A DNA stretch of 64,000 nt from Bacteroidales bacterium (GTDB lineage: Bacteria > Bacteroidota > Bacteroidia > Bacteroidales > VadinHA17): contig JBBQZN010000001.1 in NCBI GenBank assembly GCA_038207725.1, positions 3,862 to 67,861 on the forward strand, read 5' to 3'. Every line of letters starts with the position of its first letter. Position 1 is the stretch's first letter. Under the pieces are notes generated by a model. That model saw only the letters and a list, made by a program, of their open reading frames with translations. It ran no database searches and was not told where the DNA came from. Both the position numbers and the translations under genes were made by a program. Of the stretch, positions 45,313 through 54,270 are shown one piece after another.

Positions 45313-45334
45313 ATAAGAAACCTGTAAGTAGAAA

Positions 45335-46273
45335 TTATATCTCCGATGCTTTAATCATCAGTAAATTTGTCTCTACGGCATCAAGATAGGTAAGCGACCA
45401 TAGAAGGCTGTTATCCGTAAAGTACCACATTGCCCAATCGGGATTAATGCTGCCCTTCCATCCAAGATCAAGAATCACAGGAAGATTCTTTGCAGTCAGC
45501 TCATATCCCTGAGTATTTTCCATTTCTTTAATCAACCTTGTGAGAGCTCGTGAGAGTTTTGATGCCAGAGGTGCATCGCTTGATTCGAGAAGAGAATTGG
45601 CTGCAGCCGACCGTGCTTCGGGTCTACAGAGAACTGCTAGGTCATTTTTCCATTGTTCAGTTGTAAGCCCTTCCTGTTTAAGAATTATCTCTTTATACTC
45701 TTTCACAACATCTAAAACATCGCCGATCATTACATTTATTCTATTATCAGTGCCCGTTACCGGAAGTTTGTCGAGTGCCAACTCTATCTTATGATATTTA
45801 CGTGCAAGAGTATAACTGTCATCAATTCTTGATTTCGTAACGCTTAGTGAAAGTAGTGCATTGAAGACAGAAATAAGAGCGAGCAGCAAAAGAACAAATA
45901 CAGTATTATAGATATTGAAATTCTTGTTCTTACCTGTTACATATAAAAATACAGGAAGAAAAACAACAAAAGGAAATGGTAGTGCTATTGTAAGCGCTAA
46001 GCCGGCAAAAGGCCAGTGCTGAATCTTGAAAAACATTGCTGTAAAGACTACAAAACATGTAAGGTAAGTTACGTAATGCAATAATTTATTCTGATTATTA
46101 CCTTCCTGCCTGTAATGATTAATCAGAGATAAAGGAAGAAATCCCAGTACAAGTATTGCCATTCCAAGAGTCAGCAATATGCCTGCCCCCGGATAGTGAT
46201 TCACTTTAAATATCGCGCCCGTAAAAATAACAAGGGTTGTTAGCACGCCGAAAATATAGATTTTTTGTTTCAT
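45335..46273 (-). CDS. Polytopic membrane protein: 2x FK(V/I)xH(Y/W)PGAG TM hairpins + TM + helical domain (GldL-like / GldM-N-like)
   Basis: AIFKVNHYPGAG and MFFKIQHWPFAG hairpins, then the TM NTVFVLLLLALISVFNALLSL, then a ~170-aa helical domain ending LLWSLTYLDAVETNLLMIKASEI. Confidence 0.65.
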   Translation of the reverse strand: MKQKIYIFGVLTTLVIFTGAIFKVNHYPGAGILLTLGMAILVLGFLPLSLINHYRQEGNNQNKLLHYVTYLTCFVVFTAMFFKIQHWPFAGLALTIALPFPFVVFLPVFLYVTGKNKNFNIYNTVFVLLLLALISVFNALLSLSVTKSRIDDSYTLARKYHKIELALDKLPVTGTDNRINVMIGDVLDVVKEYKEIILKQEGLTTEQWKNDLAVLCRPEARSAAANSLLESSDAPLASKLSRALTRLIKEMENTQGYELTAKNLPVILDLGWKGSINPDWAMWYFTDNSLLWSLTYLDAVETNLLMIKASEI

Positions 46274-46292
46274 GACTCTTTATTTTTATAGA

Positions 46293-47729
46293 TTATCTAC
46301 CCCCCGCCAATACACGCTGGAGGTTTAGTTCGACAGTAAGTATGGTGCTTTTCAGAAGCTCCAGGGAGTGCAGAGCCGCAATCATTGTGTATGATTTGTC
46401 ATTCTTCATCTCTCCCGGCAATAAATCAGAAGGAGCAAGAAAGTCTGATAATATCTTTATTTCCTTCCCTGCTGCCAGAGAATTTATATACTGTTTATAC
46501 ACCGCAAGTGCGTTATCAAGCTCTTGTCTTAATTGAGTTCCGGGTAACAGGAATTCTTTTACAGGTCCGGGATTAAATGCGTTTGTAAGCTTACTTATCT
46601 CTATATCAGAGCCTTTACTGATCTGAGCTAACTGCTCTTTGCTGGTTGCAGGCATACCGGGTTTCACTTCCGATGCCTGAACCATTTTCATCTCTGTTTC
46701 GGAAATCAGGGCTAACAGGTTTGTAGTGCTGGTGTGAAGCTGCAAGACCTGAGGGTTGATTAGAGAATTGTGAGCATCTGTAAAAAACGAATTGCTTTTC
46801 TCACGAAGGTGATTACTCATAGCCTGCTGGCTCCGGAGATTCGGGTAGTATCCCGCATCGTAATTATTCTGCAGGTTAAGATTTACCAATACTCCGGGAA
46901 CAATAATGGCAAGTGTTCCTATTATTATAAAAATGAAAGTCGCATTAATGTTAGTATCTTCTTTATAGCTTATCCAGGTATACCATGGAAATACTATTAC
47001 ACCAAGAATGATGGCTCCCAGAATTATAAATGTAGTTGCCAGAGGCCAGTGCTGAATCTTAAATAACATACCTGCCATGTAGAATATCATACCTGCTGCA
47101 CCAATAATATACAGAGGTCTTTTTGACTTGCTTTCCTCATCTTTAAATCTGTTTACCAGGAGTGCTGGTATGAAAAAGAATATTCCGAAAAGAACTGTAA
47201 AACTTAATAATTCGCCAGCCATAGGCCAGTGCTGAATTTTAAATACGGTGCCCAGTATCAGGAACAGACCAGTTAAAAATGATGAAATGAACAGAAACAG
47301 TTTATTCCTGCTGTGAGTTTCCTTCCAGAGAACCCCAAGCGCTGAAGGAAGGAATAAAAAGGCCAGTATAAATGCTCCAAGGGAAAGCATTATACCCGCA
47401 CCCGGCCAGTGCTGGATTTTGAACAATGCCGCAGTTCCAAAAACAATTGTGCCTGCAACTCCTGAAAATTTCATAAGTGTTTTCATATATCTGTATTTAG
47501 TGTCGACTGAATAAAGGGTCTCTTCCTGTATCTCCTGTAATCTGCGCGGACCCATTTTACTTTTAACCTTCCTGTAAGCTTCAGCAAAACTTATTCCCTG
47601 CTGCATCTCAGACTCAACGTCACAACATACGTGATCGATAAGATCGTGCAGAAGATGTGAAAATACTATCTCCTGCCTGCCTATATCACGGCTTATCTGG
47701 TCAATATGATGTAAGCTGAGTTCAGGCAT
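46293..47729 (-). CDS. Polytopic membrane protein: cytoplasmic N domain + 3x FKIQHWPGAG hairpins + TM + helical domain
   Basis: The motif LFKIQHWP(G/M/L)A(G/T) occurs three times, each between two hydrophobic helices. The C-terminal ~190 aa end in MIAALHSLELLKSTILTVELNLQRVL. The start overlaps the padR stop by 8 nt. Confidence 0.65.
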   Translation of the reverse strand: MPELSLHHIDQISRDIGRQEIVFSHLLHDLIDHVCCDVESEMQQGISFAEAYRKVKSKMGPRRLQEIQEETLYSVDTKYRYMKTLMKFSGVAGTIVFGTAALFKIQHWPGAGIMLSLGAFILAFLFLPSALGVLWKETHSRNKLFLFISSFLTGLFLILGTVFKIQHWPMAGELLSFTVLFGIFFFIPALLVNRFKDEESKSKRPLYIIGAAGMIFYMAGMLFKIQHWPLATTFIILGAIILGVIVFPWYTWISYKEDTNINATFIFIIIGTLAIIVPGVLVNLNLQNNYDAGYYPNLRSQQAMSNHLREKSNSFFTDAHNSLINPQVLQLHTSTTNLLALISETEMKMVQASEVKPGMPATSKEQLAQISKGSDIEISKLTNAFNPGPVKEFLLPGTQLRQELDNALAVYKQYINSLAAGKEIKILSDFLAPSDLLPGEMKNDKSYTMIAALHSLELLKSTILTVELNLQRVLAGGR

Positions 47730-48066
47730 GGCTCAGGCCGGGTTTGTGTTCAACTATACGCTGCAGTGAGTCGATATACTCGCTCAATTCCTTAAGCTTC
47801 TCCGCTACAACAGAATGTCCATGTTGAGTAAGCTTATAATAGATACGGATCCGGTTATTGAAATTTTCCGCATCTGTTATGAGCACGCCTTCACTTTCAA
47901 GCTTATGTAATACAGGATAGAGGGCCCCATAGGTAAGTTTTATTTTCCCGTCAGTAAGTTCTTCAACCTTTTTGGTAATCTCATAACCATACATACGGCC
48001 GTTTTCTTCGAGGAGTTTAAGAACAATTGTTTTCAGGGAACCTTTAATAAGATCTGTTGATATCAT
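47722..48066 (-). CDS. PadR-family transcriptional regulator
   Basis: 114 aa: LKGSLKTIVLKLL..NGRMYGYEI.K.....DGKIKLTYGALYPVLHKLE.EG. Confidence 0.9.
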   Translation of the reverse strand: MISTDLIKGSLKTIVLKLLEENGRMYGYEITKKVEELTDGKIKLTYGALYPVLHKLESEGVLITDAENFNNRIRIYYKLTQHGHSVVAEKLKELSEYIDSLQRIVEHKPGLSHA

Positions 48067-48071
48067 GCTTT

Positions 48072-48098
48072 CAGTATATTTAAGTTTCTTATATACTG
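48072..48098. promoter_or_regulatory. Candidate PadR operator (8-bp inverted repeat)
   Basis: CAGTATAT-N11-ATATACTG lies between the -7 box and the padR ATG. Confidence 0.35.
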
Positions 48099-48106
48099 CA
48101 AATATA
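48099..48106 (-). promoter_or_regulatory. Candidate -7 box (TATATTTG) for the padR operon
   Basis: Plus-strand CAAATATA, 33 nt upstream of the ATG at 48066. Confidence 0.35.
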
Positions 48107-48271
48107 AAATATTAATTTTTACAAAGGCAAATATTTTTTGAAATATTTTTTGTTTGGAACGAAATTGACCAAAATGTTCACGTATAATATATGGTATGGA
48201 ACGGTCGCGACCATTACATAGCGCCGCCATTCAAAAAATCCCGAAAAAAACATTAAATTAACAAATATTAA

Positions 48272-48279
48272 TATCTTTG
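48272..48279 (+). promoter_or_regulatory. Candidate -7 box (TATCTTTG) for the tetR efflux operon
   Basis: 58 nt upstream of the ATG at 48337. Confidence 0.4.
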
Positions 48280-48285
48280 GTCAAT

Positions 48286-48320
48286 TGGTTAAACCATATA
48301 GTTAATCCTGATGGTTAAAC
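48286..48320 (+). promoter_or_regulatory. Candidate TetR operator
   Basis: The 11-bp palindrome TGGTTAAACCA (48286-48296) plus a direct half-repeat TGGTTAAAC (48312-48320) lie between the -7 box and the start codon. Confidence 0.35.
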
Positions 48321-48336
48321 ATTAATTACAATTTTC

Positions 48337-48948
48337 ATGACTGAGATCGAAAAACAAACCGAAGAGAAAATTTTTGAAGCAGCAACAGATGTATTCGTTG
48401 ATAAGGGAATGGATGGCGCCCGGATGCAGGATATTGCAACCCATGCCGGTATAAATAAAGCCCTTCTACATTATTACTTCCGGACAAAGGATCAGCTCTT
48501 CGATGCAGTATTCCAAATGATTGCAAAAAGAATACTGAAAAAACTCGCGCCTGTATTTGATGAAAAGCTGACTCTTGAAGATAAAATAAGGTTCTTCTTC
48601 AAAGAACATATTTCATTTCTTCAGGATAATCCAAAGCTTCCTGCCTTTCTTCTGAATGAGGTAAACAGAAATCCTGAAAGAATAAAGAAACTGATTGCCA
48701 ACGTCGACATGGAGTACCTTTGGAATAAGCTATATCAGCAGCATAAAGAAGATTTTATAAAATATAATATAACAGAAGCATTACTGCCGCAGTTGATGAT
48801 TTCAATTGCCTCACTTAGTGTTTTTCCTTTTGCGGCCAGAGGTATTATGGAAGCAATTCTCGACAAAACCGGAAGCTCATTCAATGAGTTTATTGACGAG
48901 AGAAAGGAGTTTGCTGCAGAGTTTGTAATAAAAGCTATAACAAAATAA
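48337..48948 (+). CDS. TetR/AcrR-family transcriptional regulator
   Basis: The N-terminal HTH is IFEAATDVFVDKGMDGARMQDIATHAGINKALLHYYFRTKDQLF. Confidence 0.9.
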   Translation: MTEIEKQTEEKIFEAATDVFVDKGMDGARMQDIATHAGINKALLHYYFRTKDQLFDAVFQMIAKRILKKLAPVFDEKLTLEDKIRFFFKEHISFLQDNPKLPAFLLNEVNRNPERIKKLIANVDMEYLWNKLYQQHKEDFIKYNITEALLPQLMISIASLSVFPFAARGIMEAILDKTGSSFNEFIDERKEFAAEFVIKAITK

Positions 48949-49008
48949 AAAGTTCCTTAAGTGCTCTAAAATCCGAAGTGCCTTAAGTTGTAATAAAAAG
49001 AAAAAGAC

Positions 49009-50298
49009 ATGAAAAGAAAAATCCTGATTCTAATATTAATATGGCCACTTTCACTTTTTGGCCAGAAAATTATGACACTTAAGGAATGCTACGATCTGGC
49101 TGCATCATCAAATGCTCTTTCGGGTGAAAAAGCTGCCTTGTCGGCGATTACAGAACTTAAAGACAAGAATCTCTCCAAAGGATGGCTTCCTACTCTTGAT
49201 GCTAACGGAAGTATACTCTATAACTCATCGGTAGTAGACATGAGCAGTGTACTGGGGGCTCTTCCAATCCCCGGAATTGCATCTGCTATAAAACCGCTTC
49301 CACACGAACAGTACAAAATAACTGTCGATATAAACCAGTTAATCTATGATGGAGGAGCTATTGAGGGTGCGAGGATGCTCGGGAAAGCAGAACTGAATGT
49401 AAACGAAAAACAGACTGAAGCAGATCTGTATAAACTAAGGAGTCAGATAAACGCTTATTATTTCAACATTTTGCTTATTGAGCGGCAGAAGGAGCTTTTG
49501 AATAATTACCTCGGGGTAATATCAAAACGTATCAGGTCGATGGAGTCGGCAGCCGACAATGGTGTTATACTCCGAACTGACATAGATGTTCTGAATTCCG
49601 AAAAAATCAAACTGACTCAGCAACTTTCCGAAAATGAAATTAGAAGATCCTCCATTATAAAAATACTGTCATCGATTACGGGAAAAGAGATTGAGAATTC
49701 CACTCAATTCATTATCCCATCGGCCGGCAACTCCTCAGGAAATGAAATTACGCGACCTGAATTGCAGATTTTTGATCTTAGAAAAGAACAACTTTCAGCA
49801 GGAATGAAAGTTCTTGACAGCCGGAGGATGCCGAAAGCGTTTGGCTTTGCAACTCTGGGTTACGGTAATCCTCCGGGGAGCAACTTCTTCAAAGATGAAT
49901 TTGCTCCATATTATATTGTAGGTGCAGGTGTTAAATGGAATATTTTTGACTGGAATAAAACAAAAAATGAAAGAGGTATCTTAAGCATCCAGCAGGGGAT
50001 AATTGAAAACCGCAAAAAAGATCTTTCAGATAATCTTTCAATACTTCTTGAATCAAAAAACTCGGAAATAGCAAATCTGAAAAGTTTGCTTGAGACCGAT
50101 ATGGAACTCATCACTCTACGAAAAAGAATTACGGCAACCTCTGAATCGCAGTATGAAAACGGAACCATAACCGCTACCGACTATCTTAACGAATTAAATT
50201 CAGAAAGTCAGGCAGTTATAAACTATGAGATCCATAAGATAAACCTTGCAATGGCAGGAATTGAATACCTTAATATAAGTGGAAAAGAGATAGAATAG
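49009..50298 (+). CDS. TolC-family outer membrane efflux protein
   Basis: Signal peptide followed by two coiled-coil/beta repeats typical of OEP family proteins. 429 aa. Confidence 0.8.
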   Translation: MKRKILILILIWPLSLFGQKIMTLKECYDLAASSNALSGEKAALSAITELKDKNLSKGWLPTLDANGSILYNSSVVDMSSVLGALPIPGIASAIKPLPHEQYKITVDINQLIYDGGAIEGARMLGKAELNVNEKQTEADLYKLRSQINAYYFNILLIERQKELLNNYLGVISKRIRSMESAADNGVILRTDIDVLNSEKIKLTQQLSENEIRRSSIIKILSSITGKEIENSTQFIIPSAGNSSGNEITRPELQIFDLRKEQLSAGMKVLDSRRMPKAFGFATLGYGNPPGSNFFKDEFAPYYIVGAGVKWNIFDWNKTKNERGILSIQQGIIENRKKDLSDNLSILLESKNSEIANLKSLLETDMELITLRKRITATSESQYENGTITATDYLNELNSESQAVINYEIHKINLAMAGIEYLNISGKEIE

Positions 50299-50342
50299 AC
50301 GCCCCCATTAGCCCTCGCAGGGCTATATTGATAACAAGTATA

Positions 50343-50368
50343 AAGCCCCCTTTAGGGGGTTGGGGGCC
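50343..50368. repeat. GC-rich hairpin repeat, copy 1 (AAGCCCCCTTTAGGGGGTTGGGGGCC)
   Basis: CCCCC-TTTA-GGGGG hairpin. Nearly identical (1-nt T indel) to 52963-52988. It is preceded by another small hairpin, GCCCT-CGC-AGGGC, at 50311-50323. Confidence 0.8.
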
Positions 50369-50423
50369 AACATGGAGAAGAAACAAAATACCAAAATATA
50401 GACAAACAATAGACTATAATAAT

Positions 50424-51317
50424 ATGAAAACCAAAACATTAATATTCCTGTCATTAGTCGCTCTTTCAGGATGTAAAAACAGTACCGATCAGGCAGATGC
50501 CTTTGGTAACTTTGAAGCCACAGAAGTAATTATATCAGCAGAAACATCAGGCAGGATAATCGATTATGACGCCACAGAAGGAACAAAAATAGAAAAGGGT
50601 TCCTTACTGGCATTGATCGACACAACTCTGTTTCATCTTCAAAAAGCTGAAATAAATGCAGGAATTAAAAGTGTAAAAACACGCTTGGCATCTGTAAATG
50701 CTCAGAATGAAATACTTAACCAGCAGATAAGTAACCTCATGGTCAATGTTAAACGCATCGAAAAAATGCTGAAAGATGATGCAGCCACACAAAAACAGCT
50801 TGATGACCTCACCGGACAGGTTGCAGTATTACAAAAACAGATAGATGCAAATAACACTCAAAAAGCTTCCATTAACGCTGAATCGGGTGTATTTGAATCG
50901 AGAAGAGCAACAGTAAATGAGCAGATTAGGAGAAGCAGTATCATAATGCCCCTGAGCGGAACAATAATTGAAAAATATTCTGAAGAGGGTGAAATGACAG
51001 CTGCCGGAAAACCCCTTGCAAAAATTGCTGACCTTTCCCTTATTAAACTTAAGGTCTATATAAGCGGTGGTCAGCTTGTCAATGTTAAAACCGGAGAGAA
51101 ATGTACTGTAAGAACTGACAATGGAGAAAAAGGATATGTCTCCTTAACCGGAACAATATCGCATATTGCCGAAAAAGCAGAATTTACTCCAAAGATCATA
51201 CAAACTAAAGAAGAGAGGGTTACCCTGGTTTATGCAGTAACAATTGATGTTGTTAATGATGGTACCCTGAAATCGGGCATGCCCGGAGAAGCAATTTTTA
51301 CATTACAACAGAAATGA
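50424..51317 (+). CDS. HlyD-family membrane fusion / periplasmic adaptor lipoprotein (YbhG-like)
   Basis: I chose the ATG at 50424 (MKTKTLIFLSLVALSGC). Coiled-coil middle and beta-barrel C-terminus (VYAVTIDV.N..G.LK.GMPGEA). Confidence 0.85.
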   Translation: MKTKTLIFLSLVALSGCKNSTDQADAFGNFEATEVIISAETSGRIIDYDATEGTKIEKGSLLALIDTTLFHLQKAEINAGIKSVKTRLASVNAQNEILNQQISNLMVNVKRIEKMLKDDAATQKQLDDLTGQVAVLQKQIDANNTQKASINAESGVFESRRATVNEQIRRSSIIMPLSGTIIEKYSEEGEMTAAGKPLAKIADLSLIKLKVYISGGQLVNVKTGEKCTVRTDNGEKGYVSLTGTISHIAEKAEFTPKIIQTKEERVTLVYAVTIDVVNDGTLKSGMPGEAIFTLQQK

Positions 51318-51323
51318 TCGACG

Positions 51324-52238
51324 ATGAAAGCTATTGAGTCATCATCGGTGAGTAAAAGCTTCGGAAGCGTAAAAGCACTGAACGATATTTCCTTTTCAGT
51401 AAATGAATCAGAGGTTTTTGGCTTCATTGGACCTGATGGTGCAGGCAAAACAACCCTTTTCAGGATTATTACCACTCTTCTTAAACCTGCGGAAGGAAGT
51501 ATGAAGGTACTAGGGTTTGATACTGTTTCAGATTATAAAGAGCTGCGGAAAAATATTGGCTACATGCCGGGCCGTTTCAGCTTGTATCAGGATTTATCAG
51601 TTGAAGAAAACCTTAATTTTTATGCAACGGTATTCGGTACCACTGTTAAGGAAAACTATGACCTCATATCAGATATATACTCTCATATTGAACCTTTTAA
51701 AAACCGCCTGGCAGGAAAACTTTCAGGAGGCATGAAACAAAAACTGGCACTCTCCTGCGCACTCATCCATAAACCGAAGCTTCTGGTACTCGATGAACCG
51801 ACAACCGGTGTGGATGCTGTTTCAAGGTCGGAATTCTGGGATATGCTGGCTAAACTACGATCTCATAATATTACAATTATAGTTTCCACTCCATATATGG
51901 ATGAGGCAATGAGGTGCGACAGGGTAGCGCTTTTACAGGGAGGGAAAATTATGGCAGTGGATACACCACAGAAAATAAGGGATGGTTTCAGCAGAAAACT
52001 GTTTGCAGTCAGGTCAGCTGAAAAGTATAAACTGATAACTACGCTCAGAAAGTTTGAGGGGACATTGACAGCATATCCGTTTGGTGACTCAGTGCATGTT
52101 ACATTCCTGAATGACCATGCCGGTAACGATTTTTTCGATTTTATGAAGAAAGAGGGGCTTTATGATGTACTGGTTCAGGAGACTGAAGCAGGTATAGAGG
52201 ACAGGTTCCTGGAGTTGATGCGAAAATCTGAGGCGTAA
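51324..52238 (+). CDS. ABC transporter ATP-binding protein (YbhF N-half-like)
   Basis: Walker A GPDGAGKTT, signature LSGGMKQK, Walker B LLVLDEPT. Confidence 0.9.
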   Translation: MKAIESSSVSKSFGSVKALNDISFSVNESEVFGFIGPDGAGKTTLFRIITTLLKPAEGSMKVLGFDTVSDYKELRKNIGYMPGRFSLYQDLSVEENLNFYATVFGTTVKENYDLISDIYSHIEPFKNRLAGKLSGGMKQKLALSCALIHKPKLLVLDEPTTGVDAVSRSEFWDMLAKLRSHNITIIVSTPYMDEAMRCDRVALLQGGKIMAVDTPQKIRDGFSRKLFAVRSAEKYKLITTLRKFEGTLTAYPFGDSVHVTFLNDHAGNDFFDFMKKEGLYDVLVQETEAGIEDRFLELMRKSEA

Positions 52239-52975
52239 TGGAAAAAAAGGTAATAGAGGTTAAAAGCCTGGTAAAAAAATTCGGTAGTTTTATTGCAAAT
52301 GACAATCTGACTTTTGATGTTTCAGAAGGTGAAATATTCGGATTTCTCGGAGCAAACGGTGCCGGAAAAACAACAGCAATACGCATCCTCTCGGGACTTT
52401 CAAAACCAACATCCGGCATTGTCAGGGTCGCAGGATTCGATGCCTATAAAGATACAGAGCAGATTAAACGGAATATAGGTTATATGTGCCAAAAATTTTC
52501 ACTGTATGAGGACCTTACTGTAAAAGAGAATATTATTCTTTATGGGGGCATCTACGGGATGAAGATAAATCTTTTAAAGGCGAGGCTATCAGAACTTCTT
52601 GACAAACTTAAATTCAGGGAATTTGAAAACAGAGTAATATCCGATCTGCCTCTCGGATTACGCCAGAAACTGGCATTTTCAGTTGCTGTCCTGCATGAAC
52701 CGAGAATTGTATTCCTCGATGAACCAACCGGAGGTGTCGATCCGATAACCCGCCGGCAATTCTGGGAGATGATCTATGAAACTGCAGCCCGTGGAATAAC
52801 TGTATTTGTCACAACACATTATATGGATGAAGCAGAATACTGCGACAGGATTTCTATAATGAATGAAGGGAAGATTGTCGCACTTGACACCCCCGAAAAC
52901 CTTAAGAAACAGTATGCTGCAGAATCGGTTGAGGATGTTTTTATTAAGATAGCGAGACCGGTAAGCCCCCTTTAG
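52238..52975 (+). CDS. ABC transporter ATP-binding protein (YbhF C-half-like)
   Basis: Walker A GANGAGKTT, Walker B IVFLDEPTGG. Start overlaps the upstream stop codon. The last 4 codons (VSPL) lie in the GC-rich repeat. Confidence 0.9.
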   Translation: MEKKVIEVKSLVKKFGSFIANDNLTFDVSEGEIFGFLGANGAGKTTAIRILSGLSKPTSGIVRVAGFDAYKDTEQIKRNIGYMCQKFSLYEDLTVKENIILYGGIYGMKINLLKARLSELLDKLKFREFENRVISDLPLGLRQKLAFSVAVLHEPRIVFLDEPTGGVDPITRRQFWEMIYETAARGITVFVTTHYMDEAEYCDRISIMNEGKIVALDTPENLKKQYAAESVEDVFIKIARPVSPL

Positions 52976-52988
52976 GGGGTTTGGGGGC
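52963..52988. repeat. GC-rich hairpin repeat, copy 2 (AAGCCCCCTTTAGGGGGTTTGGGGGC)
   Basis: Same element as 50343-50368. It supplies the stop codon (CCC CTT TAG) of the ABC ATPase gene. Confidence 0.8.
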
Positions 52989-53060
52989 AAGAAAGCGGAA
53001 GGCAAAAAGGAACTTAAATATTCTATATATTGAAGATATTAAAGCAGTTAATACTAACTT

Positions 53061-54170
53061 ATGAAGCGATTTTTAGGTTTTGTTAAAAAGGAGTTCCTCC
53101 ACATTTTCAGAGATTACCGGACTCTTTTTATCCTTTTCGGAATACCTGCAGCACAGATCCTTATTTTCGGATATGCAGTAAGTATGGACATTAAGAATGC
53201 CGGAATTGCAATACTGGACCTTTCAAATGACGAGGTAACACAGAAACTGACTGACAAAATTATATCCTCCGGATTTTTCAAAAAAACAGAAACACTCCTT
53301 CATTATGACGATATAGACTGGGTTTTTAAGAGAGGGAAAACTAAAGCGGTAATCATCTTTGAAGATGGATTCGGGAAAAATCTTACAGCAGAAGGGAAAG
53401 CGTCAATGAGCATAATTGCTGATGGTTCTGAGCCGAATACTGCAACCCTTGTAACCAGCTATACAATGGCAATTGTTAACAGTTACACAGCTGAGCTGGC
53501 CGGACCATCCAATCTATCAATGGCAGGAATACAGCCTGAAGTAAAGATGTATTATAACCCTGAGCTGAAAAGTCATTTTATGTTCGTCCCGGGGGTTATA
53601 ACTCTTATTCTTATACTGATTTGTGCACTCATGACTTCAGTGACAATCACCCGCGAAAAGGAATTCGGAACTATGGAGGTTCTTCTTGTATCTCCTCTCC
53701 GGCCTATTCAGATAATTCTGGGCAAAGTAATGCCCTATTTCATTCTTTCTTTCGTCAATGTTCTTCTGATTCTTGCTCTGTCGTGGTTAGTATTTGGTCT
53801 GCCTGTAAAGGGCAGCCTGGTCCTTCTTCTTGCAGAAAGCATGCTGTATATTCTTATGAGTCTTACACTTGGCATTCTGATATCAACAGTTTCATCAAGT
53901 ATGCAGCAGGCTATATTTATTTCACTTATTGGTCTTATGCTTCCTACGATACTTCTTTCGGGTTTTATTTTTCCGATCGAGAACATGCCTAAGATCTATG
54001 ATTATGTGAGCATGATTATGCCACCCAGATATTTTATAGTCATAATAAAGAATATTATGATAAAGGGAACCGGACTTCTGTATATATGGAAAGAGACTCT
54101 TATACTGATAGTTATGACGCTTGCGTTTATAGGAATAAGTGTCAGGAAATTTAAGATAAGGTTGGAATAA
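53061..54170 (+). CDS. ABC-2-type transporter permease (YbhS/YbhR-like)
   Basis: 369 aa with an N-terminal TM, a large periplasmic loop and 5 C-terminal TM segments (ABC-2 pattern). Confidence 0.85.
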   Translation: MKRFLGFVKKEFLHIFRDYRTLFILFGIPAAQILIFGYAVSMDIKNAGIAILDLSNDEVTQKLTDKIISSGFFKKTETLLHYDDIDWVFKRGKTKAVIIFEDGFGKNLTAEGKASMSIIADGSEPNTATLVTSYTMAIVNSYTAELAGPSNLSMAGIQPEVKMYYNPELKSHFMFVPGVITLILILICALMTSVTITREKEFGTMEVLLVSPLRPIQIILGKVMPYFILSFVNVLLILALSWLVFGLPVKGSLVLLLAESMLYILMSLTLGILISTVSSSMQQAIFISLIGLMLPTILLSGFIFPIENMPKIYDYVSMIMPPRYFIVIIKNIMIKGTGLLYIWKETLILIVMTLAFIGISVRKFKIRLE

Positions 54171-54177
54171 GGGCGAA

Positions 54178-54198
54178 AAGACGCAAGACGCATGACGC
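54178..54198. repeat. Short tandem heptamer (AAGACGC AAGACGC ATGACGC)
   Basis: Three consecutive 7-mers in the spacer between the two permease genes. Confidence 0.6.
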
Positions 54199-54270
54199 AA
54201 GGCAAAAGAAGGATGGATTATAAAAATGTATTTGGTTTGAGCCGATGTTAATTAAATAATAGATTTTAAG

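Noticed and set aside
50328-50423. N-terminal extension of the HlyD-family gene (MITSIKPPLGGWGPT...)
   Set aside because: The extension is the translation of the GC-rich hairpin repeat. The ATG at 50424 gives a proper lipoprotein signal (LVALSGC).
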